Translations under genes and position numbers: made by a program
Part shown: positions 36,916-50,011 of the stretch, piece after piece
How positions within the stretch are numbered: position 1 is the first letter of the stretch
How the letters are laid out: every line of letters starts with the position of its first letter
Notes under the pieces: model-generated
Seen by the model: only the letters and a program-made list of their open reading frames with translations
Database searches by the model: none
Told to the model about the DNA's origin: nothing
Source: the human T2T-CHM13v2.0 reference genome, Homo sapiens
Strand: one strand, 5' to 3'
DNA length: 64,000 nt
Assembly: GCF_009914755.1 (NCBI RefSeq)
Contig: NC_060938.1

Positions 36916-38627
36916 TGGGTTTCTTTACAGAAGAGGGAAGTGAGGTTTAGGGAGGAAAGAGTTTGCCCAGAGTCCCACAGCTGGTCCAAAGCCTGTCCCA
37001 AAGCCCATTGTTCTCCCATGGGGCAGCCCCGGTTCTGCCATAATTGCTGTGTGTCCCTGGGTTAATCATTTTCCCTCTCTGGGCCTCCATTTCCCCATCT
37101 GCAAAACGATGATGTCTGAGGCCCCTTCTGGCTTGGATGGCTCCACAGTGGACTTTCCTGCCTGGTGGCTGTGGCGGCTCCTGAGGAGGGGGCCCTGGCC
37201 TCGCAGGGAGGCCAGTCACCAGCTTCGCTACGAGATCCAGCATGCCAGCCCCAAGCCGGATGCCCTTCATATGGATCCTCGACCACCAAATGCTGCAAAC
37301 TCTTCATGTTACCGTCCCTTCTCCAGGCTCTGGTTAGAGAACCAGCATTCAGAAAAGCTGATCCAGGACTCCCAGGAAGCACAGTGGGGGGCACCCTGGC
37401 CTCTACTCCCCTAACCTTTAAGTAGACTCTGCCCCAGCCTGATGAGGTTTTATCAGGGGACCTAACGGGGACCAAAGAAGGGGCTGGTCTTGGCTCCATC
37501 CACGGCCACTAAGGATGGCCCCTTCTCATACCATCTCCCAAATTCCTGTGGCCCAGAGTCCCCCCCATGCCTGCTCCCTGCCAGCTGTCAGGGAGCCTGG
37601 GGGAGGTCTCCCTCCGATGGTCCCTCCAGCAAACTCCTGCATGCTCAGGAGCGTCCTTGTCCTCCCACAGCCGAGGTCAGGGCCGGTGGTGCTGACCTCG
37701 AAAGTGGCCATGGCCATGCCGCCTCTGCTGGCCTGCTCCAGCGGGCGAGTGCCCCACCCTCGCCTGCAGCCCCAAGGTTCCTGCATGCGGGTGCCTACCT
37801 GTGAGAGGGCAGAGGGCAGACCAAGGGCATGGCTCAGCCTGGAGGTGGGAGACTCTGATGGCAGCCACCACAGGGGACCACAACGGCAGGGTAGAGCCCA
37901 CTGTGGGGGCTCCTAGCCCCTACCCTTCTCCAGGAATGTCCCTGACATGGAGTGGCCCAAGTCTGGACCGGGTCATCCTGTCTCCCATGGGCTTCAGCCG
38001 ATTGGTCCCCCAGTGGGCCCTGACTCTAGTTGAGGGTCAGACTCTCCTCCTGAAGCCTGATGGGCCAGGGAGGAGCCCCCGGTTTGTGGGGTAGGTATGA
38101 GGAAGGGCCGTAACTGCATTGATGGCAAAATGAATATGTTAAGAGTCCACATACAAACCTTTTCTTCAACCTAAAAGTCCATTTTCTCCTGATTTTAGAA
38201 TAAGTGAAATCATTTCCATGAGCTTCCTGAAATATCACCAGCCCCGGCACTGAGCTGGCTGTGCCTCAGGGAGACATTGACCTGCCTAGAGGTGGCCCCA
38301 GTTTCAAGGCTGCAGACTGGAAGGGTGGGCTCCCCTTTCACCTGGAGACACTCCACCTCCTTCCAGGAGAGTCTTCTTTTTGCCTGAGTTGCGCCCGAAC
38401 TGGTGTCTGAGTGCTGGTGGCCGAAAGAACTGATAGCCACCGTCCCCCCACGGCTGTGACCTGTGAACCCCGCGGGGCCGTATCAGTTTTCACTGCCGCA
38501 GCAGGAACGCATTTCACAATTCACCGAGATTCCCCCCAAGTGAGAGAGACGCGATCCCTGCTTCTGTGGATCCACAGCCAGGGGCGCCAGAGATAAAGCT
38601 CAGAATTGTTCTTTTTAAAGAAAACCA

Positions 38628-38821
38628 GGCCAGGCAAGGTGTTGCACACCCACAGTCCCAGCTACTCGGGAGGCTGAGGCGGAAGAATCGCTTGAGCCCA
38701 GGATTCCTGTTTGAGGCTGTGGTGCTCTGATCGTGCCTGTGAACAGCTTCTGCACTCCAGCCTGGGCAACACAGCGAGACCCTGTCTCTAGTGAAAACAA
38801 ACAAACAAACAAACAAAAAAG
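38628..38821 (+). mobile_element. Alu right monomer (FRAM/FAM-like)
   Basis: Single arm with (caaa)n tail. Confidence 0.85.
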
Positions 38822-40129
38822 CGAGGCAGTCTCCTCTTGATTCCTCCAGCCCACTCCTTCCTCCTCTCTGGTTCCTCTGGGTCTGGCAGGATGCCGTGTG
38901 ACAGAATGCATCTGGGGGTGGGAAGTGTGGGGTGCAAGACAGACAGACATGTGGGCAGTGGCTGCGGCTAAGCAGAGGCATCCCCAAGGCCGCCCTGCAG
39001 CAGAAGGACCCTCTCTGGGGAGGTGTGTAGGAGCCCCCCATTTCATGGTTCTGCCCAGAAAGCGGGATCAGGCTTGGGTGAGAAGCCAGGCCCCATAGAG
39101 CCCCTCAGCCTTTACCTAGAACCGGAAAAGAAGCAGGAAGTATGGATGTAAGAATAGACACTCCAGCCAGGCTGAGCAGGACCGGGGGCGGCAGCACCAC
39201 GCCTTCCATCTGCCTGGAGGCTTGAGGGTGGGCTTCCGCAGGTCCAAGCCCAGCCTGGCTGCCCCCTGCCTCCCTCCCCTTTGCTCTCTGGGTACCTCTG
39301 GGCCACCAAGGTGTCTGGGCTGGACACTGTGGAGGGGGCACTGGGATTCTCTGGGGAGAGGGGGGCCAGCCAGGCACCGACTGACAGAGCTGAAACTGGC
39401 CCAGTGAGGCGGAGTGGGGGTTGGGGGACCCGGACCCCACACTCTCACCACAGGCCAGGCATCTCCTCTGCCTGGGAGCCAACAGATGGGACCTTGAGGA
39501 GCCTGAAGTCAAGGCCCATGAGACTTCCCAGCCAGGAGGGCGTGAGCACACTGTCCGCACCTGAGCCTCCACCTGTCGTGACAGGTACTGCCAGGGCCAT
39601 GAGACGAAAGCTCAGAGCTCCTGGTGGGAGCTCGGTCTCCCGCCCCATCCAGCTGGAGGGTGGATGGTGCCTTCTCACCTCTGCCCCCTCATCTACCCAG
39701 ACACGCTGTGCCCTCCTCAGCTGCCTCTGACCTCTAACTTTTCCCTGCCAGGCAGGTGAGACCAAAGGCCTCAAAGGGGCTCATGAATGCCCTCCAGGCC
39801 TGGCACCTGCTGTGCACCCACCCTGGCTGCTGCCCTCCCTCCTCTCACCGTCTGGTGGGGCCTCCGGCTCTCCTCCCTCTCCCCTCAGCTCGGGCTGAGC
39901 CTGGCCGACCCAAAGGACACTGGGCTCAGAGTTAGGAGACTGGCAGTGCGTTCTGGCCGCCCTGCTGACTAGGCCATCAAGGCCCCTCTGGAGCCTCCAT
40001 GAGAGAATGGGGGTGGGGGGACCTAGCTGTGCAAACTGTAAAGAGCCACACCCTGCAGGAAGGTCTCTAGGAGGCAGCAGCAGAAACTCCCCAAGCTCCT
40101 GCAGGATGGCCCCCGGTGATGTTTGTCTC

Positions 40130-40395
40130 CTTTTTTCTTTTTGAGACCATGTCTTCCTCTGTCACCCAGGCTGGAGTGCAGTGCCGTGATTTGCAACCTC
40201 GACCTCCTGGGCTCAGGTGATCCTCCCAGCTCAGCCTCCTGAGTAGCTGGGACCACAGGCGTGTGCTATCATGCCCGGGTAATTTTTATATTTTTTGGTC
40301 TCACTATGTTGCCCAGGCTGGTCTCAAACTCCTGGGCTCAAGTGATCCTCCTGCCTCAGCCTCCCAAAGTGTTGGATTACAGGCATGAGCCACCT
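40130..40395 (-). mobile_element. AluJ
   Basis: Antisense dimer with deletions. Confidence 0.9.
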
Positions 40396-40464
40396 TGCAC
40401 GTTTGCCTCCTGACCTCAGGTCCCCACGGAGTTGGTCATCTTCTGGGCCTCGCTCAGCCGGTGC

Positions 40465-40590
40465 TGAAGGTGAGTCATGCTCGATGATGACCTGAGGAGC
40501 AGAAGAAGGTGCAGGTGAGTCACCTGAGGGGAACTGGGTCATGACCAGAGCTGTCACCGCTAGGCCAGAGCACAAGAGTGACATCACAGC
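40465..40590. promoter_or_regulatory. AP-1 motif pair plus an IR0 nuclear-receptor-like palindrome
   Basis: TGAGTCA at 40471 and 40516; GGGTCATGACCA at 40536-40547. Confidence 0.35.
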
Positions 40591-40914
40591 CAGTGGTCTC
40601 CTGGCAGGGACAGGAAGCACCTGCCATGCTTCCCAGCGGCCGTCCCTCTGTCCACCGTCTGTTCCCCGGGGCCTATGCTGGGCCTCACGGCTGAGAGGCA
40701 GAGGGGCTGAGGCCCAAGTTCAGGCTCATGGGAATTGCGGGCACAGAGCAGGAGGCAGGGCCATGCCTGGAGCCTCCCTCACCAAAAGCCTCCACTATAA
40801 GCCTTTACCACCTTCCAGTGAGTTACACGTGGGGTTCTCAAGTGAAAGGCTGCACTGTGAAATGTAAACTTCCAGGCAGATCATGGTGTTTGATTTGACA
40901 CGCCCTCCCCGTCT

Positions 40915-41220
40915 TCTTTTTTTTTTTTTTCCATGACGGAGTCTCGCTCTGTCGCCCAGGCTGGAGCCCAGTGGCGGATCTCAGCTCACTGCAAGCTCCG
41001 CCTCCCTGGTTCACGCCATTCTCCTGCCTCAGCCTCCTGAGTAGCTGGGACTACAGGCACCCGCCGCCACGCCCAGCTGTTTTTTTTTTTTTTTGTATTT
41101 TCAGTAGAGACAGAATTTCACTGTGTTAGCCAGGATGGTCTCGATCTCCTGACCTCGTGATCCGCCCACCTCAGCCTCCCAAAGTGCTGGGATTACAGGC
41201 CTGAGCCACCGCACCTGGCC
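40915..41220 (-). mobile_element. AluY
   Basis: AluY diagnostics, expanded middle tract. Confidence 0.93.
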
Positions 41221-42614
41221 TTTTTTTTTTTTTTTAAACCCAAATCCTCATACAATGCAAATATCTGTGGCATCTAAGGCTCCTGGGAAGCCCCTTAGAG
41301 GGTCCAAGCTCCCATGGCTGGGACGAGGGTGCAGGGTGCAGCCAGCCAGCCCCCCCGGGTGGCATTGTGGTAGGCCGGGCCGCAGCCTTGCAGAAGGCTG
41401 GTGGGCCCTTAGAGGCCGTGGCCCTCAATGCTCTGCCCCAGGAGAACATGACTCACCTCGTGCAGTGACCAGCTCTGCCAGCTCCTCTGTGTACATGGGG
41501 GAAATAGGCCGCCAGTGCACACGTTGGTCTGGGACTGAGGGATCACGCATATGGCTCAGTGGGGTGCTGCCTGAGGGCCGGTCCACTCACGCCACCCAGA
41601 CACCAAGGGCAGGGTGGAAGCAAGGTCTCTTTCTCCTTCCTGGCGGAGGCAGCCTCCACACGGCCTCAGCGGGGGACCTGGGGCAAAGGGCTGAGATTGG
41701 GAGAATGGGGGCCCGTACAGCCCCTGGGCAGGACAGTGCACTGCAGTGGAAGCCGAGGAGTGCATGGACTTCTTCAGGGTTCGAGGCTCGGCCGTGGGCG
41801 GAACGCCAGTGCCTGTGGTCGGGGTGGTCAGGCCTGGACACGGAGACTCTGATCTCACCGGGAGTTCCCCAAGCCCCGCCCACAGCACGATCCTATCATC
41901 TGCTGCCCGCCCCAGCTGGACCGGGGCTATTACATTATTGTTTGTAAAGCGTCCTGTTGTTATTTTCTGATTACCAAGGCGGTACATGTTCACTTAAGCA
42001 CCGCGTGGGTGGTGGTATTTGCTCCAGTTGGTGGATGGGGCGGTGACTTGCCCAGTTGCAGTTCATCAGCATCAGCAGCAGTGATAGCAAAAAGGATTCA
42101 GTCGGTGTCCCTCAGACGCAGCACTGGCAGGGCCATTGGCAGAGACTCAGTGAGCCCCAGCCCCTTCCGACCTAAAGCTGACCACAAATTCGGGTATTTT
42201 CTAGACAACTGGGTGCGGCAGCCGGGACCCACCCCAGGCCAGCCTTGTTTCTCCAGCTGTCTCCTGCTGTGGGTCTGGGGATGGGGATGGAGGCGTGGAC
42301 CCCAAAACTGCTCTGACTGCCTGGAGCCTCCCCAGTGATAGAGGAGGCCACTGGGAGCACAGGGCCCCTCTCCCCGACGGGAAGGCCTCTGACAGCCCAT
42401 TCTAGGCGGGCTGGGCGCAAGGCTCCTCTGGGGAACCCGGAGCTCAGGCAGGAGGCCTGAAGAGTGGCTGCACTGTGACTGTTTTCCTGGCCCTGATTTT
42501 AGGGCTGACCCCTCCCCTCAACACACACCCCACCGTCTCAAATCGTAATATCCAAAGGAGCGTGGGTCACCTCAGTGCATTCTCAGGCAGTCTCACCATG
42601 GCCTGCTGATGTGG

Positions 42615-43060
42615 ACGTCACAACCTCATTTGACAGATGAGGAAACTGAGGCTTGGGGTGGAGATGAAGTTCCTGACTCAGTCACACATTGCTAAGTGGC
42701 TGAATCTGACTTGAACCTGGTGTCATGTGATGCCAGACAGCCCCTCTGTACTGCTACATGGGCAGCAGGTCTAGGCAAGAAAGTGTCAGCAGCTGGGAGG
42801 TGGGAGGGGCGGAGGGTCTTCAGCCCGACCCTGGGCCGGGGCTCCTGTTCTCACACTGATTTGGGATGGGTGGCACAGTGGGGTGCTAGGAGCTGGGACT
42901 CTGGCTTCAGATGGCCTGCGGGTCTGAATGCGGGCTCTGCTGAATGCTAGCTGTGCGCCCGTGGGCAGGTCACTTCCCCTCTCAGTGCCTCATTTCCTCA
43001 TCCTGGAAAGTGGGGAGGATGACCTTGTCTACCTCCTGAGCTGCTGTGAGATTAACTGAG
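42615..43060. mobile_element. Two MIRs in opposite orientation (42615-42730 -, 42890-43060 +)
   Basis: gacagatgaggaaactgaggc and ctcagtgcctcatttcctcatc cores. Confidence 0.7.
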
Positions 43061-44944
43061 CTGACGTTGCTGGTCTGTGAATGCTGGCCGTGATCCCTGG
43101 GCAGGTGGAGTAGGGTTAGCAGCGTCCACCTTGGGGCAAGGCCCACCTGGCCTGGCTCCCAGAGGCCACGCTTCCTGGCCAGGATCCTGAGAAAGGCTGC
43201 TCCCTGGCCTGCTTGGAGCTCAGCACAGAGCCTGGCACGCAGCAACACCACCCTGTGTGGCACTGGGGGCTCCTGCCTTTCTTGCCCTCTGGTTCCCACA
43301 CCCACTGAGGCTGCCCGCAAGCCCTGCCTTCCCACAGGTGCATCAGGGGGAGCCTCAGGTGCCCAGTGTCCACAGTTCTCCAGCGAGTGTCTGACAGATA
43401 GGCTCTGCCCGTGAATGCCGGGATCCTGTGAGTCTGGCCTAGTTCCTACACTTGCTTTTCCTGGCCAGGCCTCAGCCAGGACCTATTTCCTAACCTTCGG
43501 CCCTGGCCTGGGCACTGGTTCCCTCCCACCTGCCAAGGACGTCTCTGGTCCTAGGCTTCCCCTGTCCATTGCTGGTGTCACTCCGGCCTGCCCAGGCAGC
43601 TTCCTCCTCTGCCCTCTAATTGGGCTCTGCACCCTCCCCAGCCTCAGCTCCTGCCACAGCTCTGCTCTCCAGGCCCTGACCCTGTGCACCCGGCACTGCT
43701 GTCTGCAGACAGCAGTTCTTCCCGGATGCTCTGGAGTCCCGCAGAGCCTGGCAGCAGGTGAGACCTCCAGGGAGGTTGCCCTGGAACTTGTTTTTCCTGG
43801 TGCCCTCCTGGAGACTGCATTCCACCGGGCCTGACATACACCTACGTTCCTCCCAGGTCTCTGGGGAGATCCTCTGGCCAAGGTGACCAGAGCTGGGGAA
43901 TATGCCCCAGTCCACGGGGGACCCTGGGAACTGCGCTTTTGGCTGGAGGCTGCACCCTAGGGCCAGGCCCAGAGCAGGGGCTTCTGGGAGCAGTTGCTGA
44001 AGGTGCCCACAGGGATGGGTGATTGTGGGCACACTTGGCTGGCTTAGAGACACCGGGGCGTTTGGGTCCAGAGGCAGGCTTGGGAAAAGTCATCGGAAAG
44101 GGGCTGGATGCTGGTCTGGGGAGGACTAACGGCAGAACCCCGAGGATGCCGCCGACAGCGCGGGCTCCGAAAGGGCAGCGGGGGTCTGGAGTTCTGATCT
44201 GAAGCTCCAGGAACACCCTGCTGGGGTGTTTCAGGTGTTTGAAAAATTCTCTAAGTTATTTGTTTTCTGTTATTTCTTCATGGTTGGGATACCAGGTTCT
44301 AGGGCCGCTTTGGTTTGGCTCTGTATTTCATTGTGTGGCTAATCAATTTCGGTCTGACACACTTTCTCTTTTGAAGAAATTATTCATCAGGGTTTGGCGT
44401 GAGGAGCACTATTGCAGGATCCTCAGGCATCTCCAAACATTGAGGCAACACTGCGGAAGTGGCTCCCAGTGCCCAGGGCTGGGGGTGAAATTCCCCTAGT
44501 CCAGCCCTCACTGCAGCTTCCTGCTGGGCTGCACGCCTCTCCAGGCCAGGGCCTGCCTCGGAGTCATCTCTGACCCAGGGTCCAGCTTGAGGCCAGCATG
44601 GAGGAGGCAGCAGCACATGCTTGTTGAATGAATAAATGACCTGGAGTGAGGTGCTGGGGAGACAGGAGTGAGGGCCCAGGCGCGGCCCTCATCGGGCTCT
44701 GAGGGTGTGATTCTCCCACACCCTTGCAAGAAGGACTCTATTTTAAACTTTATTTATTTAAAATCGCACAGTAATTCTTGAACGCTCTCATAAAAATTAA
44801 AGCATTACCAATAAAATTCAAGTCTATCTTGATCAAGACCCTTTGGTCTTGCCCCTCCTGGTTTGTTTGCTGTCTGCATATTTGCCAGAGTTTTCCTTGT
44901 GTGGTGCTGACATATATGAATTCATAATTTTCTGAGGCCCGTGG

Positions 44945-45807
<863 letters not shown>

Positions 45808-46337
45808 AGAATCTGTAGTTTTATTTGTGTGTGAGTGTGTGTGTCTGTGTGCATGTGCCTGCGTGTGCGTGTTGTAAATCAAGTGCGTTGTGCAGGCATG
45901 TGCACATATGTTGTAAAATAAGTGGCATTGCTCTGTCTGTCATCACGTAAGCTGGCTTTCCCATTGGCTACTGGCCCCTGGAGCCCTTGCTGTGTCAGTA
46001 TGTAGAGATCTACTCTATGACCCATGATAGCTGCAGAGGGTCCCCAGACCACAGTGGATGTCCACCACAGGAACAAGCCTGTTTTGTGGATGAGGAAGTC
46101 GAGGCTTAGAAGTTGGGTGACTTGTCAAAGGTCGCCACCCACGGTGAGGGCCAGGTTCTGGGAGGGCTGAGGGGCAGGCATGGTAAGCCAGTTCCGGGCA
46201 TGAGGCAAGGCGTGGCAGGCCTGGGGGCAAAAGCCACAGCCCGTGTGGAGGGGGTGGGGGGATCGAGGCCTTTGGGAAGCCTGTGGATTCTGGCTGCAGT
46301 GTGGGTGTGACACTGAGTGCTCCGGGGACTCCGAGTT

Positions 46338-46434
46338 ATCACCCAGGCACTGGCCAGCCCCACGCTCCCTCCTCCAGGTACTTGGCTCCCTGCCTCCTTG
46401 GCCGGCCCGGGCTGGGTAGGTGTGCAGGGCTGGA
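46338..46434 (+). repeat. Copy 1 of a ~100-bp diverged direct repeat
   Basis: Aligns by eye to 48328-48426. Confidence 0.85.
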
Positions 46435-47260
46435 GGTGACCAGGTCAGCGCTGCTCTCGAGGACAGGCGGAAGCCCCTTCATGCCCAGCGGGCCCGGGGG
46501 TGGGGCCAGGCACCACTCCCCACATCTCCCACGGGAGATCATCAGTCCTCACCGCCACACCAGTGTGGGGGCTGGGTGTCCACCCTCTAGGACTTAGGTC
46601 AGGACCAGGCACACGTGGGGAAGGCCAGGTCACTGGGCGGGCCGAGGATGCAAGCTGCCGCGCTTCCCATGAAGGCCCTCTGGCCAAGGTGCTAATTAGG
46701 GCAGCTTCCCGAGGAGAGGGAAGAGCACCCGGAAGTGACCTCTGGCCTTCCCAAACGCGGTTTCCTTCTGACTCAGTACTGGCCTGCCTGTCAGCCAGAA
46801 ATCACCCAAGGGCCCCACATGGAGGGCACCTGCCAGGTCATGGGCCTTGCCCCATTCTCCCTAATTGCGCCTGCCTCAGCTGACCCACCTCCAGTCCGAG
46901 GCATGTGTCTCACGGATGCCAGGGTGCCCCCAGGGTGGGGGTGGAGAGGCACTCAGGGTGAGCTGAGGGTGTGTCTCTGGTGCCAAGCCTGGCACAGCGT
47001 CCTTGGCCTGGTTTCCCCAGGGCTGGCTCCACCTGGCCACCTTATACCCGTCCCACTCAGAGGCCACCAGTGCTCGGTGGCTTAATGGCACCACGGCAGA
47101 CAGGCTCTGTCTCTGTGTCACTCAGGATGTTTGCATAAAGGGTCCATACCAGGGAAGAGGGATCTTACTCCACAGAGCCATGGTCGTGATCGGAAGGCTG
47201 CGCACCCCAGGCCCCCTGCTCTGGCTGTGTGGCTTGGACAGGCTACCTGTGGTCCTGTGG

Positions 47261-48312
47261 GTTTCTTTTTTTTCCTTTTTTTTTTTTTTTTTTGAGATAG
47301 AGTCTCGCTCTGTCACCCATGCTTGAGTGCAGTGGTGCGATCTTGGCTCACTGCAACCTCCGCCTCTTGGGTTCAAGCGATTCTCCTGCCCCAGCCTCCT
47401 GAGTAGCTGGGATTACAGGTGTGTGCCACCACACCGGGCTAATTTTTGTACTTTTAGTAAAGACAGAGTTTTACCATGTTGGCCAGGCTGGTCTTGAATT
47501 CCTGACCTCAGGTGATCTGCCCACCTCAGCCTCCCAAAGTGCTGGGATTACAAGTGTGAGCCACTGCACCCAGCCGTCCTGTGGGTTCCTTAAGCGAAAA
47601 AATGGACAGTCTAAGACCAGCCTCACGCGGCTGTTACCTGGACCAGGCAGAACCCTGTGCTCACAGGGAACGAGGTCCACTGCAGGCTCCTGCACTGGAG
47701 TGCCGTGGCGCCCTCCCTCTTCTGTCTGAGCCAGCATTGCCTCCCACATGACCCCAGTCCCATCACATCCCGTGGGGTTCACACTCCTGGCCTTCCCAAC
47801 CTGACTACATAGCTGGATTCTCCCTCCCCTCCCCTCCCCTCCCCCTTTCTTTTCTTTTCTTTTCTTTTTGAGACAGAGTCTTGCCTTGTAGCCCAGGCTG
47901 GAGTGCAATGGCGTGATCTCGGCTCACTACAACCTACGCCTCCCAGGTTGAAGCGATTCTCCTGCCTCAGCCTCTGGAGTAGCTGGGATTACAGGTGCCA
48001 GCCACCACGCCCAGCTAATTTTTGTATCTTTAGTAGAGACCAAGTTTCGTCGTATTGGCCAGGCTGGTCTCCAACTCCTGACCTCATGATCTGCCCACCT
48101 TGGCCTCTCAAAGTGTTGGGATTACAGGCGTGAGTCAGCCACCGCACCCGGCCCAGGGAGCATTTTATTTTTAAGTGACAGGGTCTCACTCTGTCACCCA
48201 GGCTGGATTGCAGTTGTGTGATCATGGCTCACTGCAGCCTTGACCCCCTGGGCTCAAGTGCTCCTCCCACCTCAGCCTCCTGAGTACCTGGGATTACTGG
48301 CACGCACCACCC
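47261..48312 (-). mobile_element. Antisense Alus (47261-47575, 47845-48153, partial 48165-48312)
   Basis: Alu consensus; the first has TSD gtcctgtgggtt. Confidence 0.92.
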
Positions 48313-48327
48313 TAGGAATTTAATTTA

Positions 48328-48426
48328 ATCATCCAGCACTGGTCAGCCCCAGGCTCCTTCCTCCAGGCACTTGGCTCCCCATCTCCTCCTCGGCTGGTCT
48401 GGGCTGGGTAGGTTTGCAGGGCTGGA
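48328..48426 (+). repeat. Copy 2 of a ~100-bp diverged direct repeat
   Basis: Aligns by eye to 46338-46434. Confidence 0.85.
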
Positions 48427-48644
48427 CTCAGAAAGTTGTATTTTAGCAAAGCTCTCTCCCAGACTTGAAGGTGCAGCCCAGAGTAAGTGCTTGGAGAGCT
48501 GTAGCACCCCTTCCAGGAGGATCCGTGAGACGTGGTGAGACCCCAGAGGAGACGGGGGTACCTGTACTGCCATGGCCCCACACTGAGGGATGAGCACTGC
48601 CTTTGTGCCAGACGAGGAGAGAAACCACAGGGTGTAGCTTGGCA

Positions 48645-50011
48645 ATGTGGAGACGGATCCCGCCTTCCTTCCAGCCACATGGAGATGGATCCTGCCTTCC
48701 TTCCCGCCATGTGGAGATGGATCCCGCCTTCCTTCCGGCCACATGGAGATGGATCCTGCCTTCCTTCCCGCCATGTGGAGATGGATCCCGCCTTTTGTTC
48801 CTGCCATGCAGAAATAGATCCTGCCTTCCTTCCCCGTGTGTGGAGACAGATCCCACCTTCCTTCCCGTCATGTGGCATGTGGAGACGGATCCCACCTTCT
48901 TTCCTGCCACGTGGAGATGGACTTCGCCTTCCTTCCTGCCATGTGGAGATGGATCCTGCCTTCCTCCCCGCCATGTAGAGACGGATCCCACCTTCTTTCC
49001 TGCCATGTGGAGATGGATCCCGCCTTCCTTCTGGCCACGTGGAGATGGATCCTGCCTTCCTTCCTGCCTGGTGGAGATGGATCCCGCCTTTTGTTCCTGC
49101 CATGCAGAAATAGGTCCTGCCTTCCTTCCCATCATGTGGAGATGGATCCTGCCTTCCTTTCCATCATGTGGAGATGGATCCTGCCTTTCTTCCTGTCATG
49201 TGGAGATGGATCCTGCCTTCCTTCCTGTCATGTGGAGATGGATCCCGCCTTCCTTCCTGTCATGTGGAGACCGATCCCGCCTTCCTTCCCGTCATGTGGA
49301 GACGGATCCCGCCTTCCTTCCCGTCATGTGGAGATGGATCCCGCCTTCCTTCCCGTCATGTGGAGACGGATCCCGCCTTCCTTCCCGTCATGTGGAGATG
49401 GATCCCGCCTTCCTTCCCGTCATGTGGAGATGGATCCCGCCTTCCTTCCCGTCATGTGGAGATGGATCCCGCCTTCCTTCCCGTCATGTGGAGATGGATC
49501 CCGCTTTCCTTCCCGTCATGTGGAGATGGATCCTGCCTTCCTTCCCGTCATGTGGAGATGGATCCTGCCTTCCTTCCTGTCATGTGGAGACCAATCCCGC
49601 CTTCCTTCCCGTCATGTGGAGATGGATCCCACCTTCCTTCCCGTCATGTGGAGACCGATCCCGCCTTCCTTCCTGTCATGTGGAGACCAATCCCGCCTTC
49701 CTTCCTGTCATGTGGAGATGGATCCTGCCTTCCTTCCCATCATGTGGAGATGGATCCCACCTTCCTTCCTGTCATGTGGAGATGGATCCCGCCTTCCTTC
49801 CCCGTCATGTGGAGATGGATCTCTCCTTCCTTCCTGTCACGTGGAAATAGATCCCACCTTCCTTCCCCATCATGTGTGGAGACGTATCCCGCCTTTCTTC
49901 CCTGTCATGTGGAAACGGATCCTGCCTTCCTTCCCCATCATGTGGAGATGGATCCTGCCTTCCTTCCCCGTCATGTGGAGATGGATCCCGCCTTCCTTCC
50001 CCGCCATGTGG
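48645..50011. repeat. VNTR/minisatellite, 32-bp unit, ~42 copies
   Basis: Consensus catgtggagatggatcccgccttccttcccgt; period 32 measured at 49325 to 49357. Confidence 0.98.

Noticed and set aside
38280-38590. Additional CTCF-like motifs (cctagaggtggc, cagccaggggcgc)
   Set aside because: Several core mismatches; expected by chance in GC-rich DNA
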